Shown here piece by piece: positions 17,021-26,674 of a DNA stretch of 36,666 nucleotides. The notes under the pieces were generated by a model that saw only the letters and a list, made by a program, of their open reading frames with translations, did no database searches and was not told the DNA's origin. The stretch is from an uncultured bacterium. GTDB taxonomy: Bacteria > Poribacteria > WGA-4E > B28-G17. A program made the translations under genes and the position numbers. Each line of letters opens with the position of its first letter. The stretch's first letter is position 1. The stretch covers positions 1 to 36,666 of the forward strand of contig CAZHVH010000001.1 in assembly GCA_964535855.1 (NCBI GenBank). The letters run 5' to 3'.

Positions 17021-18127
17021 TTAAGCTATCGCCAGCTTGGGCGAATTAGTCATGGCATAAACATAAGCTAGGATCTCAGCTACTGCCTCATAGAACTCCT
17101 CAGGTATCTCCTCATCTATATCAACGGCCTTGTAGATCGCTTGTGTTAAAGGTGGATTCTCGACGATCGGGACCCTGCTTTCAACGGCTATCCGTTTTAT
17201 CTTTTCGGCTATTAACCTTGCTCCCTTAGCCACGACAAAAGGAGCATTGCGTTCCGACGGCTCATATTTAAGAGCGACGGCAAGATGGACCGGGTTGGTC
17301 AAAACCACGTCTGCCTCGGGAACCCTCTGCAGCATTCGTCTCCTCGATATCTCCCTCTGCATCGATCTGATTCTCGCTCGCATGTGGGGGTCACCCTCTG
17401 TCGCCCTGAGCTCCTCCCTGAACTCACGCAATGTCATCATAAGGCTTTTCTCGTAATCCCACCTCTGGTAGAGATAATCGATTATAGCCAGGATCACCAG
17501 AGCTATACAGGTTCTGAAGAATATCTGAAACGAAGCGTTGGCTATATATCCGATAGTTGGGGCTATCCCCATATCCGACAGATAGGGCAGTTCAGGTACT
17601 TTGGCTTTGATCGTCACATATCCTACATAGGATATGATGGCTATCTTGAGCAAAGCCTTGGCCAACTCGAAAAGCGATCTCAGGGAAAATATCCTCCTCA
17701 GGCCATTAACCGGATTTATCCTCTCCATCCTCGGGATCACCGGATATGATGAGAAAACCACGCCCACCTGAACTATGTTTGCAAGCATAGCCACGACAAA
17801 AGCCATAAGCAATATCGGTAATACGAGATATCCGCTCTTAATGAGCATAGAAGTCGTGCTTGATGATATATACTTAAGCGCTGCGTCGGTATTTTGAGCG
17901 GTTTCAGACCGGACTACATCGGCCACATATGGGATCTTCTCGAAAGAGGATGTAAATAGCGCCAGTATATTCGTGTACACGCTTCTCGAATATAACAATA
18001 ACATTAACAGCACCAAAACCAACACGGCAACCGAGCTGAGTTCTATGCTTTTAGCAACCTGCCCTCGGCGTCTTGCCTCTCTGCGCCTTCGCGGCGTTGC
18101 TGGAAATCTTCTTTCAGGGTCTCTCAT
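17021..18127 (-). CDS. flhB: Flagellar export switch protein FlhB
   Basis: The N-terminus is PTPRRRREARRRGQVAKS, followed by 4 TM helices. The autocleavage-type motif is LTNPVHLAVALKY (NPVH rather than the canonical NPTH). Confidence 0.93.
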   Translation of the reverse strand: MRDPERRFPATPRRRREARRRGQVAKSIELSSVAVLVLVLLMLLLYSRSVYTNILALFTSSFEKIPYVADVVRSETAQNTDAALKYISSSTTSMLIKSGYLVLPILLMAFVVAMLANIVQVGVVFSSYPVIPRMERINPVNGLRRIFSLRSLFELAKALLKIAIISYVGYVTIKAKVPELPYLSDMGIAPTIGYIANASFQIFFRTCIALVILAIIDYLYQRWDYEKSLMMTLREFREELRATEGDPHMRARIRSMQREISRRRMLQRVPEADVVLTNPVHLAVALKYEPSERNAPFVVAKGARLIAEKIKRIAVESRVPIVENPPLTQAIYKAVDIDEEIPEEFYEAVAEILAYVYAMTNSPKLAIA

Positions 18128-18131
18128 CGTT

Positions 18132-18923
18132 CTATGACCTCAGGAAGCTTAAAAGCTCCAAAATCTGTCTGAAGAGACGATCATCAAAAAGCCTTGAGAG
18201 GACCAAGGCCGTCATGGGTAAAGCCTCCATCACTATGAAGAGGCCAATTCCTATTTGAAGGGGAAAACCCACTATGAAGACGTTCATCTGGGGAACAGTC
18301 CTAGCCACTATACCTAAGGCAACGGTCGAGAGGAACAGAATCGCCAAAGCCGGAGCAGCCATTTTAAGCGCCAGCATCCACATATCCGAGGAGAGTCTGA
18401 TCACCAGCTCCGTGAAAGGAAGGGATTTCGCATAAGATGCTGTAGTCAACGGAATAACCCTAAAGCTCTCCATAAGCGTTCCTAGAAGAATCCGATGGGC
18501 GTTGAGAGCGAGAAATAAAGCCAACGCCAGAACATACTGGAATTGGCCTATCAGGGGAATTTGCGCTCCAGTTATCGGATCAATTATGTTTGCTATTCCG
18601 AAACCCATTTGAGTATCAACCATCTGCCCTGCCAGAAAGGCAGCGTTCATAAGCATGGTAACCACAAAGCCTATAATCATCCCTATAGCGAATTCCTTCA
18701 ACACCATCAAAGCGAATGGGATAATCCGTGTAGGTAATTCGAGCCCATTCAGGTTAAGGGTTGGATATATAGCGGCCGAGATCAACAACGCTAAACCGAT
18801 TCTCACCGGAGCCGGAATAGTCCGACTTCCAAATACTGGCGCCATCGTGAATATGGCTGAGATCCTGGCAAATACCAGGCCGAAAAGTTGAACCTGAAGA
18901 ACTGAAAAGGTGGCCAGGTCCAT
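18132..18923 (-). CDS. fliR: Flagellar export apparatus protein FliR
   Basis: 263-aa polytopic membrane protein in the conserved fliPQR-flhB position. Confidence 0.88.
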   Translation of the reverse strand: MDLATFSVLQVQLFGLVFARISAIFTMAPVFGSRTIPAPVRIGLALLISAAIYPTLNLNGLELPTRIIPFALMVLKEFAIGMIIGFVVTMLMNAAFLAGQMVDTQMGFGIANIIDPITGAQIPLIGQFQYVLALALFLALNAHRILLGTLMESFRVIPLTTASYAKSLPFTELVIRLSSDMWMLALKMAAPALAILFLSTVALGIVARTVPQMNVFIVGFPLQIGIGLFIVMEALPMTALVLSRLFDDRLFRQILELLSFLRS

Positions 18924-18926
18924 CCC

Positions 18927-19211
18927 TTATCTCACTATATCGTAATAGATCCAATCCGGCAATGATACGAGTATGTTGGAGAAATAATTCAACATAGTCA
19001 TAAACATCCATTTTCCGAAGATGGCAACGGCTGCAGCAACCGCTAATATCTTAGGTACAAAGGTGAGAGTCATCTCCTGTATCTGAGTTACGGCCTGGAA
19101 TATGCTCACCAATAGCCCTATGATCAGGCCGAATCCTAAAATGGGCAGGGCGACCTCGAGCCCGACCATCAAGGCATTTCTGCCCATGTCGACTATAAAC
19201 TCCTGTGTCAT
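18927..19211 (-). CDS. fliQ: Flagellar export apparatus protein FliQ
   Basis: 94 aa. Two-TM hairpin LPILGFGLIIGLLVSIFQAVTQIQEMTLTFVPKI, typical of FliQ. Confidence 0.9.
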   Translation of the reverse strand: MTQEFIVDMGRNALMVGLEVALPILGFGLIIGLLVSIFQAVTQIQEMTLTFVPKILAVAAAVAIFGKWMFMTMLNYFSNILVSLPDWIYYDIVR

Positions 19212-19226
19212 TCTCCTCCTCCTCCT

Positions 19227-20000
19227 TTACGTTCCAAAACTTTGAAGCAAGGAGCCTACTATCATATGCCACCCGTCAACCGCTATGAAGAGAAGTATTT
19301 TGAATGGTAAAGATATCATCACGGGCGGCAGCATCAACATCCCCATGGACATTAACGTGCTGGCTACCACCATATCGATAATTAGAAACGGAATATAGAT
19401 AAACAGAGCCATCATAAAGGCAGTTTTCAACTCACTCACCACAAAAGCCGGTATTAAAGTTAAAGTCGGCACCTCATCCGGACCGCTTACCGGAACCTTC
19501 TTGCCGGAGAAATGCATGAACAGCTCTATATCCCCTTCTCTTGTCTGTGAGAACATGAAGCGTCTCAGCGGTGCTATCGCCTGATTGAAGGCTGTCTGCC
19601 TATCTATCCGTCCAGCGAGATATGGTTGAAGTGCTTTGTCGTTAATCTCCTTACCCACGGGGGTCATTATGAAGAATGTCATAAATAGAGCCAGTCCGAT
19701 GATTATCTGGTTTGATGGAATCTGCTGCGTTCCGATCGCCTGCCTGACGAAGGAAAGAACTATGACTATTCTGGTAAAAGAGGTCATCATGACCAGAATA
19801 GCGGGGGCGAGGGTGATGATCGTAAGAACGAATAGGATCTCAAGGGTTATGGCTACATCCCTCGGCGATTGAGCTTCTCGCACACCTATATTCAGGTTTG
19901 GGAAGGGCAAGGGTAGCCCTTCTTGGGCTGAGGCGAAACCTGAGATGAGGATCAACGCTATGGAGAGAACCACCAATGTTAACAGAGCTTCCCGATTCAC
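19227..20000 (-). CDS. fliP: Flagellar export apparatus protein FliP
   Basis: A signal peptide is followed by the conserved blocks IPSNQIIIGLALFMTFFIMTPV and FIYIPFLIIDMVVASTLMSMGMLMLPP. Confidence 0.93.
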   Translation of the reverse strand: MNREALLTLVVLSIALILISGFASAQEGLPLPFPNLNIGVREAQSPRDVAITLEILFVLTIITLAPAILVMMTSFTRIVIVLSFVRQAIGTQQIPSNQIIIGLALFMTFFIMTPVGKEINDKALQPYLAGRIDRQTAFNQAIAPLRRFMFSQTREGDIELFMHFSGKKVPVSGPDEVPTLTLIPAFVVSELKTAFMMALFIYIPFLIIDMVVASTLMSMGMLMLPPVMISLPFKILLFIAVDGWHMIVGSLLQSFGT

Positions 20001-20001
20001 G

Positions 20002-20508
20002 TTAGATACCTTTTCCTATCTTACCTGACCACCGTTTAAGATGCGATAGAAAGGAGAAGGAGGTCACGTCACCAGCGCTACTCTTTATAAGCTCGATTTC
20101 CTCCTGATCTGTGATCTCACTAAGCATCTCTATTCGGTTCTCCGAGACTCCGAGGATCAAAATCCTCCCCGGCATCCCGATCATATAAATGGTCTTCTTA
20201 GGACTTAGATGTAACACGCCCAGGATGGAGAAAAGATTTGAGGTTGAAGGCTGTGTGATCTGCCGGCTCCAAAATCGTCTCATCAGATAAACAGCGGCGT
20301 AGATCAAACCGAGTATCACAATGAGAGCGATAAAGAGCCTTATGAAAGCGAGAAACCCTATCTCAGGGGGTCGAGGAGGGGAAACCTCCCTCCTCTGGAG
20401 AAATTGACTTTTAGGCTCTTTTTCACCTTCCTGGGCGTAGACTAAAATCTGCTGCTCAAGCAGCGATATCAGCAATAACACTAGCAAGCAGATAATTCTT
20501 TTATTCAC
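20002..20508 (-). CDS. fliO: Flagellar biosynthesis protein FliO/FliZ
   Basis: 168 aa. It has a central TM helix and then KKTIYMIGMPGRILILGVSENRIEMLSEITDQEE. It lies between fliN and fliP. Confidence 0.75.
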   Translation of the reverse strand: MNKRIICLLVLLLISLLEQQILVYAQEGEKEPKSQFLQRREVSPPRPPEIGFLAFIRLFIALIVILGLIYAAVYLMRRFWSRQITQPSTSNLFSILGVLHLSPKKTIYMIGMPGRILILGVSENRIEMLSEITDQEEIELIKSSAGDVTSFSFLSHLKRWSGKIGKGI

Positions 20509-20867
20509 AGGATCTTATTTAGCCTCTCCTCTTCAGTTATAATCTCAACGATTCTAACACCGTAATTATCCTTATATGTGACCACCTCACCGGTGGCGAA
20601 AAATCTATCATTTACCAGCAAATCCACAGGCTCTCCTGCTATTTTATCCAATGGTATAACCTGGCCAACGCTCAGATTAAGCACCTCTCGCAGGGTCATC
20701 TCAGTTCTACCCAGCTCGACTGTTATCTTCAGAGGGACACCCAGAAGTTTCTCCAAGTTTCCAAGGCCTATCTTTGAGGCTTCTTCTTCCAATTCCGGAA
20801 ACTTGACCGGCCGAGCAACCTCCTTCTGTTCCTCCTCATTATCGGTATTGGTTCTTTTTTCATCCAT
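20505..20867 (-). CDS. fliN: Flagellar motor switch protein FliN
   Basis: SpoA-type domain LREVLNLSVGQVIPLDKIAGEPVDLLVNDRFFATGEVV. Confidence 0.88.
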   Translation of the reverse strand: MDEKRTNTDNEEEQKEVARPVKFPELEEEASKIGLGNLEKLLGVPLKITVELGRTEMTLREVLNLSVGQVIPLDKIAGEPVDLLVNDRFFATGEVVTYKDNYGVRIVEIITEEERLNKIL

Positions 20868-20885
20868 GAGATTCCTCTCCTATGA

Positions 20886-21899
20886 TTAGGTTGTGTTGTT
20901 TTCCTCTTCCTCCTCTTTTATCTCCCTCAGTATTTTAAATCCCATCTGACGCCCTTTTATAACCCCTGGTTTTGCTTCAAAACGTGGGGTATTCCCCACA
21001 ACGATTATCGCGGGAGCATCAATGGGGGTTTTAAGCGGGATTATATCCCCCACTTTAAGCTCTAGCAACTCACTCAATGTCATCTCATCCTCGGCCAACA
21101 CACATCTGACAGTAAGTGTAACTCTTCTGACCTTTCTCTCCACGAGGAGCCTAGTCGTATCATCCCCCGGCCCCTTGAGCTTTCCCGGTTGAAGCATGGA
21201 TTTGATAGGCTGAAGAACTACATATGGAATACATACCCTCATATTTCCGGTGAAATAGTCGACTCCAGTCTGTATGGACACATCAAATTGAGCCAGTATC
21301 ACCGTATCATCGGGCATAACGCCCAGCTCTATAAATTGAGGCCTCGATTCGTAGCTACTATATTCGACCTCTTCCAGCTCATAGTAGCCTTTCCAAGATT
21401 CCCTAAGGATATCCAAGGCATTTTTTGATATGTTTTCCATGATTTTAGCTTCTATCTCGCTGAGTTCCCTCAATTCCTCCTCCCTTATCGGTGCGCCTTC
21501 CCCTCCCAAAAGTTTATCGATGAAAGCATAAACCAGCTCCAGGTCGAACTGCAAAACTGATACCCCTTTAAGGGGTGGCATGAAAAAGGTAACGGCGTAA
21601 GTATAGGGTGAGGAGCTGAGGGAATCCATGAATTCCTCATATGACATCTGCTGTATTCCCTCCGATGATAGCCTTATCTCCAGCACAGCTCTCAGATAGC
21701 CGGATAGCCACGATCTAAAGCTGTTTCCAAATCTGTTGAAGATGTCCTCTAACGTTCTTACCTCCGTGGTAAGGGTGAGCTTTTTACTGAAATCATATCG
21801 TACCGGTTCCTCAGGCTTTCGTTCTTCCTCGGCTGCTTCGATCTCCGCAAAGAGTTTTAGACTTTCCAGTTCCTCTTTGGTCAAGCTCTCCTTTTTCAT
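20886..21899 (-). CDS. fliM: Flagellar motor switch protein FliM
   Basis: 337 aa. N-terminal LTKEELESL resembles the CheY-P-binding peptide. The C-terminal SpoA-like block is LSELLELKVGDIIPL. The gene sits in the conserved fliL-fliM-fliN order. Confidence 0.9.
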   Translation of the reverse strand: MKKESLTKEELESLKLFAEIEAAEEERKPEEPVRYDFSKKLTLTTEVRTLEDIFNRFGNSFRSWLSGYLRAVLEIRLSSEGIQQMSYEEFMDSLSSSPYTYAVTFFMPPLKGVSVLQFDLELVYAFIDKLLGGEGAPIREEELRELSEIEAKIMENISKNALDILRESWKGYYELEEVEYSSYESRPQFIELGVMPDDTVILAQFDVSIQTGVDYFTGNMRVCIPYVVLQPIKSMLQPGKLKGPGDDTTRLLVERKVRRVTLTVRCVLAEDEMTLSELLELKVGDIIPLKTPIDAPAIIVVGNTPRFEAKPGVIKGRQMGFKILREIKEEEEENNTT

Positions 21900-21923
21900 G
21901 GACGGTTGCCTCCCAAATTGGCG

Positions 21924-22310
21924 TCACTGCACGACGAATCTCGTGAATTGGATTTCAAAGTCTTTTCCTATTATATCCGTTATCCCCTTGTCCCCTTTCA
22001 ATTTTTTGATTAAATCTTCAGGGGTAACAGATTTAGGATCTTCTTCCTTCAGAGCTTTAACAAGAGCATTAACCAGAGCCGCTTGTAGATCTATTTTTTT
22101 CTCCTCTTTGTTCTTGAGTTTCCCCGGTACCTTTACAACTATCTCAGCGCTGAGAAAAGCTTCCTGAGATCCGACGTTAACTATGAAAGGTTTGCCGAAG
22201 GTTATATAGGTGTTTTTCTCCTTGCCGCACCCTTGACAGACTAGGATAAATGAGATAGCCGTGAAAATCGCCACTAATAGCAAAACAAGCTTTTTTCGTC
22301 TCATTATCAT
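21924..22310 (-). CDS. fliL: Flagellar basal-body-associated protein FliL
   Basis: 128 aa with a single N-terminal TM helix. It has KPFIVNV ... AEIVVKV and the C-terminal FTRFVVQ, and lies between motB and fliM. Confidence 0.75.
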   Translation of the reverse strand: MIMRRKKLVLLLVAIFTAISFILVCQGCGKEKNTYITFGKPFIVNVGSQEAFLSAEIVVKVPGKLKNKEEKKIDLQAALVNALVKALKEEDPKSVTPEDLIKKLKGDKGITDIIGKDFEIQFTRFVVQ

Positions 22311-22323
22311 CCTCCCTAGATAT

Positions 22324-23070
22324 TTAAGGTCTGAAGATCATATCGATCCTTCTATTGCGCTTCAGCCAATCCTCATAGGATTCGCCCTTCTCACGTTTAA
22401 GCAGATGGACTTTTCCCATGGCTTTAACCGTAAACCTCTCCTCCGGCAATCCCAGCTCCTTGACGAAGAAGTCGACGACGCTAACGGCCCTGGCGGCTGA
22501 TAGCATCCAGTTGTCCTTTATATCCCAACTCCCGAATTTCTTGGGTTTGGTCACGACTTGAGGATCGGCATAACCCACTACGGTAACCTCCTTGCGAAAG
22601 TATTTTATAACGGGCTCAAGCTTCCTCAGAGTTTCCTTACCATCCTCTTTCAACTCCGCCTTTCCCTCATCGAAAAGAGCAGCCTCACGAATTCTAACTA
22701 TGACTTCTCCCTCCTTCTCCTCAATCTCGATGTTTTTCTCCCCGAGACTCTGTTTAGCGCCTTCCTCCTTGCCGGGAATAGGTATAGGCAAGGCTAGAGA
22801 AAAGGAGGAGATGGGTTCTCCTCTTCCCGGATTCGGTTCAGGTAGGTCTCCGGGCTCAAATATCCTCTCACCGGCATTTAGAACGCCGAGCGTACCCTGC
22901 AGGGATATGACTATCTGCCTGAATTTCTGAACGTCCAAGGTTGAGAAGGCGAACAGGAATACGAAGAAGGTCATGAGCAGGGTAATCATATCTCCGTATG
23001 TTTCAAGCCACTTAGGAGCCCCTTCCTCGACGGTTTTCTCTATCTCCAACTCCGCTTTTTTTCTGCGCAT
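22324..23070 (-). CDS. motB: Stator protein MotB
   Basis: The TM helix carries the conserved Asp (WLETYGDMITLLMTFFVFLF). The OmpA-like C-terminus is NWMLSAARAVSVVDFF ... NRRIDMIF. Confidence 0.9.
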   Translation of the reverse strand: MRRKKAELEIEKTVEEGAPKWLETYGDMITLLMTFFVFLFAFSTLDVQKFRQIVISLQGTLGVLNAGERIFEPGDLPEPNPGRGEPISSFSLALPIPIPGKEEGAKQSLGEKNIEIEEKEGEVIVRIREAALFDEGKAELKEDGKETLRKLEPVIKYFRKEVTVVGYADPQVVTKPKKFGSWDIKDNWMLSAARAVSVVDFFVKELGLPEERFTVKAMGKVHLLKREKGESYEDWLKRNRRIDMIFRP

Positions 23071-23088
23071 CGATTTTCACCTCCCGGA

Positions 23089-23928
23089 TCAGTCCGCTGT
23101 CCCCGGAATCTCAGCAGCTCTTTCGGCGATGCCGGCTGCTGCTTCTACCCTGTTTCGCACCTCGTCCCTCTGTGCCAGAGGAACGTAGAACAACAGTTTA
23201 TCCAATACTCTCGAGGGAGATTCCCCGTTGGCTATAGAAGTAAGACCCTCTATGATCATCTCTCTGAAATCCCCCTCCTTGGCAAGCTGTTCGGTCATCC
23301 TAGAGGCTATCGGGAACATGACGAGATTGGCCAGCAGGACACCGTAGAAGGTAGTGATAAGCGCCAGCGCCATGTTCGGACCGAGCTGACTTGGATCATC
23401 CAACTTTCCAAGCATCAGGATCAGGCCTATAAGGGTTCCCAACATGCCGAACGCCGGGGCGTAGCTGCCCCATCTTCTAAACACCTCTTGATTATCCTTT
23501 TGGGCTTTCTTATCTGACTCGATATTAACCTGCAGTAGTTCGGCAGCGGCATCAGGATCAGGTGTATTTGTAACCGTATCCACAGCTTGCCTGAAAAAAG
23601 GATCGGTCACGTTTTCAGCTGCTGCCTCCAACCCCGTTAATCCTTCTCTTCTGGCTGCCATGGCCAGCCTGTACATGATTTCTAAGGTCTCGGCGTAGGG
23701 CAGAGGTGTTGGAAAGAAAACGCTCTTAAGGCTTTTAAAACTGGCGAGAAGCTGCCGGGGCGAGAAGCTTCCTACTGTAGCAAAGAAGGAGCCGAAGAAC
23801 ACCACCAGGAAAGAGGGACCGTTTATGAAGGTGCTTGGCACACCTTGGTTAAGGTATATTCCTATAAACACCACAACGATCCCTAAAATTATCGCCAGTC
23901 CTGTATTTAAACCCATAAAGCTCCCCAT
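23089..23928 (-). CDS. motA: Stator protein MotA
   Basis: 279 aa with 4 TM helices. Conserved block YAPAFGMLGTLIGLILML ... ALITTFYGVLLANLVMFPIA. Confidence 0.9.
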   Translation of the reverse strand: MGSFMGLNTGLAIILGIVVVFIGIYLNQGVPSTFINGPSFLVVFFGSFFATVGSFSPRQLLASFKSLKSVFFPTPLPYAETLEIMYRLAMAARREGLTGLEAAAENVTDPFFRQAVDTVTNTPDPDAAAELLQVNIESDKKAQKDNQEVFRRWGSYAPAFGMLGTLIGLILMLGKLDDPSQLGPNMALALITTFYGVLLANLVMFPIASRMTEQLAKEGDFREMIIEGLTSIANGESPSRVLDKLLFYVPLAQRDEVRNRVEAAAGIAERAAEIPGTAD

Positions 23929-23944
23929 TATTCACCTCCGCTTA

Positions 23945-24145
23945 TTATTTCATACCCAGTTCGGGGTTGTGAACCAACCTTTTGTACTCTATAACCTTCC
24001 TGATTAACATACCAGGTGAATCGTTAACCCTCAATTTAGAACCATCGATGAATGTGATGATGGTCGAAAGCCCCTCCTCAACATATTTTATGAGGTCAGC
24101 GTTGACCACCATCTTTCTACCGTTAACGCCTATGACCTCTATCAT
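23945..24145 (-). CDS. flbD: Flagellar protein FlbD
   Basis: 66 aa. MIEVIGVNGRKMVVNADLIKYVEE..TIITFIDGSKLRVNDSP matches the FlbD family. It lies directly upstream of motA. Confidence 0.85.
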   Translation of the reverse strand: MIEVIGVNGRKMVVNADLIKYVEEGLSTIITFIDGSKLRVNDSPGMLIRKVIEYKRLVHNPELGMK

Positions 24146-24165
24146 ACTAATTTCACCACCTTATT

Positions 24166-24879
24166 TTAAGAACCATTGCTTCCGGAGGATTCAACTCTTA
24201 ACAGACCGACCTGTAGCTTAGCAGCTTGGGACTTATTCTTGAAATTGGAAAGTATCTCAAGGGCTGTAGCCTTATCCATATTCCTGAGGATATCGAGAAC
24301 CAGCTTCTCATTGCCCTCAGTCACCATCTGCGATAGCATCTCGGCTGCTTTGGAAGATCGCATATCTTCATACCCTTTTGCCAGCTTTTTCAGCTCCTGT
24401 TGGGAGATAACCTGTGAGGTTTGAGGTTGGGGTTTCATCTTCTCCAGCTCACTCATTTTACTCTGTATCTGCCTATTGATGTTCTGTATCTTCTGCTCCA
24501 ACGCCTTTAGCTGGTCCATCTTCTGGGTGATCTTTTGTTCTATATCGTCCAGCTCCTTTAGCTTTTGTTCTATACGCGTTTGAAGCGATCTGAGTCTGAA
24601 CCTTAAAGCCTCTTCAGCATCTTCTTTCATCTTGATTTTCTCTCTTTGCTTCTTCAAGGTCTCGATTATATCAGCGACATCCTCAACGGAACCGCCCTTC
24701 TTGGAACCACCACTCGCTTCCGAGACGGATGGAGCTTGAGGTTGAACCTCCGGATTTGAGCCTTTACCTTTGTGGATGGAACTTTTTATTCCGCCTACGT
24801 CTCCCAGATAAATCAGGGAGCCGGCAGCTATTATAAGTATAGCAGCCGCTATAATGATTATGGACTTAACCCCCATCAC
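24166..24879 (-). CDS. MotE/YlxF-family flagellar protein (TM helix, coiled coil, MgtE_N-like domain)
   Basis: N-terminal TM helix IIIIAAAILIIAAGSLIYL, then a Q/K/E coiled coil. The C-terminus is KAAEMLSQM...LVLDILRNMDKATALEILSNF. The gene follows fliJ, as ylxF does in Bacillus-type operons. Confidence 0.65.
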   Translation of the reverse strand: MMGVKSIIIIAAAILIIAAGSLIYLGDVGGIKSSIHKGKGSNPEVQPQAPSVSEASGGSKKGGSVEDVADIIETLKKQREKIKMKEDAEEALRFRLRSLQTRIEQKLKELDDIEQKITQKMDQLKALEQKIQNINRQIQSKMSELEKMKPQPQTSQVISQQELKKLAKGYEDMRSSKAAEMLSQMVTEGNEKLVLDILRNMDKATALEILSNFKNKSQAAKLQVGLLRVESSGSNGS

Positions 24880-25343
24880 ATCACCCCTTCAGGCATCTGT
24901 GTGCTCTTCCTATGATATCCGTTAGTGGTTACCATGTCTAGAAGGGTCATCTCCCCCTTGGACAGCTTTTCAAGGAATCTCCTGTAATCTCTATCCCTTA
25001 ACTTCTCGAAGATCTTCCGTTCCTTAATCGCTTGAATTGTTTTTTCCCTACGTCGGTTTACCTCAAGATCGGCCTTTCTAATCCTTGAGGCTTGATTCTG
25101 AAGCTCGGCGTTTAGATGGGAAAGATATCTATGGGCCGAGATATATCTCAGAGGGTTCCATCCCACCTTCTGCCCGGTTCTCATTTCGTCCATGACCTCC
25201 GATATCTCCGACTCGATCTCCTCCCTCCGCTCGATCTCCTTTCTGAGAGCGATGATGGCCTCAGATAACTCCCTTTTCCTAATATCTTCGATCTCTTTCT
25301 TCAGGTTCAAAATTCTTTCAAGCCTAAACGTATATCCATACAT
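24876..25343 (-). CDS. fliJ: Flagellar export chaperone FliJ
   Basis: 155 aa and all-helical. FRLERILNLKKEIEDIRKRELSEA. It starts 2 nt after the fliI stop. Confidence 0.8.
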   Translation of the reverse strand: MYGYTFRLERILNLKKEIEDIRKRELSEAIIALRKEIERREEIESEISEVMDEMRTGQKVGWNPLRYISAHRYLSHLNAELQNQASRIRKADLEVNRRREKTIQAIKERKIFEKLRDRDYRRFLEKLSKGEMTLLDMVTTNGYHRKSTQMPEGVM

Positions 25344-25345
25344 AG

Positions 25346-26674
25346 CTAAGCTGAGGAAAGTATCATTTTAAGCTTTTGCAAGCTTTCCGTGAATATCGCC
25401 TTTTCCGATATGTTCTGTCTTAAGATCTGATTGATAGGCTCTATAAGTTTTAGGGCCCTATCCATCTTCGGATCACTTCCATGCACATAGGCACCTACGT
25501 TAACCAAATCCTCTTTCTCCCTATAGACGGCCAGTAGCTCCCTCGCTTCGGCAGCAAGCTTCTGATGTTCCTCATCGGCTATCTGAACCATCAATCTACT
25601 CAAGCTGTTGAGAATATCTATCGCCGGGTAATGATTCTTCGAAGCCAGTTCCCTTGAGAGAACGATATGGCCGTCCAGGATAGCTCTGACGGCATCGGAT
25701 ATCGGCTCGTTCATATCATCGCCTTCCACCAGTATGGTATAAATTCCCGTTATACTACCATTCGACTCGGAACAGCCCGTCCTTTCAAGCAATTTAGGCA
25801 AAAGAGCGAAAACTGAGGGGGTGTATCCTCTTGTAGTTGGCGGTTCGCCGGATGAAAGGCCCACTTCCCTTTGGGCCACAGCGAATCTGGTTATCGAGTC
25901 CATCATGAATATCACATCATGACCCTGATCTCTGAAATACTCAGCTATAGCGGTTGCAAGGAAAGCCCCTCTTATCCTCATCAATGCCGGCTGATCCGAC
26001 GTGGCAACCACGACCACCGATCTCTTAAGCCCCTCCTCGCCTAGATCCTCCTCTATGAACTCTCTTACCTCTCTCCCTCTTTCGCCTATCAGAGCGATGA
26101 CGCTGACGTCGGCCTCGGTATATCTGGCCGTCATACCCAGTAATACGCTTTTACCGACACCGCTGCCGCCGAAAATACCGATTCTCTGGCCTTTCCCCAG
26201 GGAGGTGAATAGGTCGATGGCCCTAACTCCTGTGGTTATCATCTCAGTTATCCGGCTGCGTTTAAGGGGATGAGGTGGGGAGCTATAGACAGGATATTCA
26301 TCCTCAACCTTAATCGGTCCTAACCCATCCATCGGCTCACCCAACCCATTGAGGATCCTACCGAGCAGACCACGTCCGACCTTTACGGTTAATGGCTTGC
26401 CGGTGGTTACAACCTTGCTTGAGGGTGATATGCCCGTCATATCACCCAATGGCATTAGTATAGCATCTTCATCTCGAAACCCAACTACCTCCGCCAGAAT
26501 TTCCCGCGACATATCATGAGGATAAACCTTGCATACCTCTCCCACAGGGACCTTAATACCACGGGCTTCAATGGTAAAACCTATAACTTTGCTCACCTGC
26601 CCGGTGACTTCTATCGTTCTGAGGAGCTTAAGGCGATTTATATATCTCCTAAGATCGATCAACCCCCTCGACAT
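25346..26674 (-). CDS. fliI: Flagellar export ATPase FliI
   Basis: Walker A is GGSGVGKSVLLG and Walker B is HDVIFMMDSITRFA. The layout is F1-beta-like. Confidence 0.95.
   Translation of the reverse strand: MSRGLIDLRRYINRLKLLRTIEVTGQVSKVIGFTIEARGIKVPVGEVCKVYPHDMSREILAEVVGFRDEDAILMPLGDMTGISPSSKVVTTGKPLTVKVGRGLLGRILNGLGEPMDGLGPIKVEDEYPVYSSPPHPLKRSRITEMITTGVRAIDLFTSLGKGQRIGIFGGSGVGKSVLLGMTARYTEADVSVIALIGERGREVREFIEEDLGEEGLKRSVVVVATSDQPALMRIRGAFLATAIAEYFRDQGHDVIFMMDSITRFAVAQREVGLSSGEPPTTRGYTPSVFALLPKLLERTGCSESNGSITGIYTILVEGDDMNEPISDAVRAILDGHIVLSRELASKNHYPAIDILNSLSRLMVQIADEEHQKLAAEARELLAVYREKEDLVNVGAYVHGSDPKMDRALKLIEPINQILRQNISEKAIFTESLQKLKMILSSA

Noticed and set aside
17285-17296. The FlhB autocleavage motif reads NPVH instead of the canonical NPTH
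   Set aside because: The Asn and Pro that I understand to be critical for cleavage are intact. The third position is the more variable one. On sequence alone this is a minor variant, not evidence of a non-cleaving FlhB.
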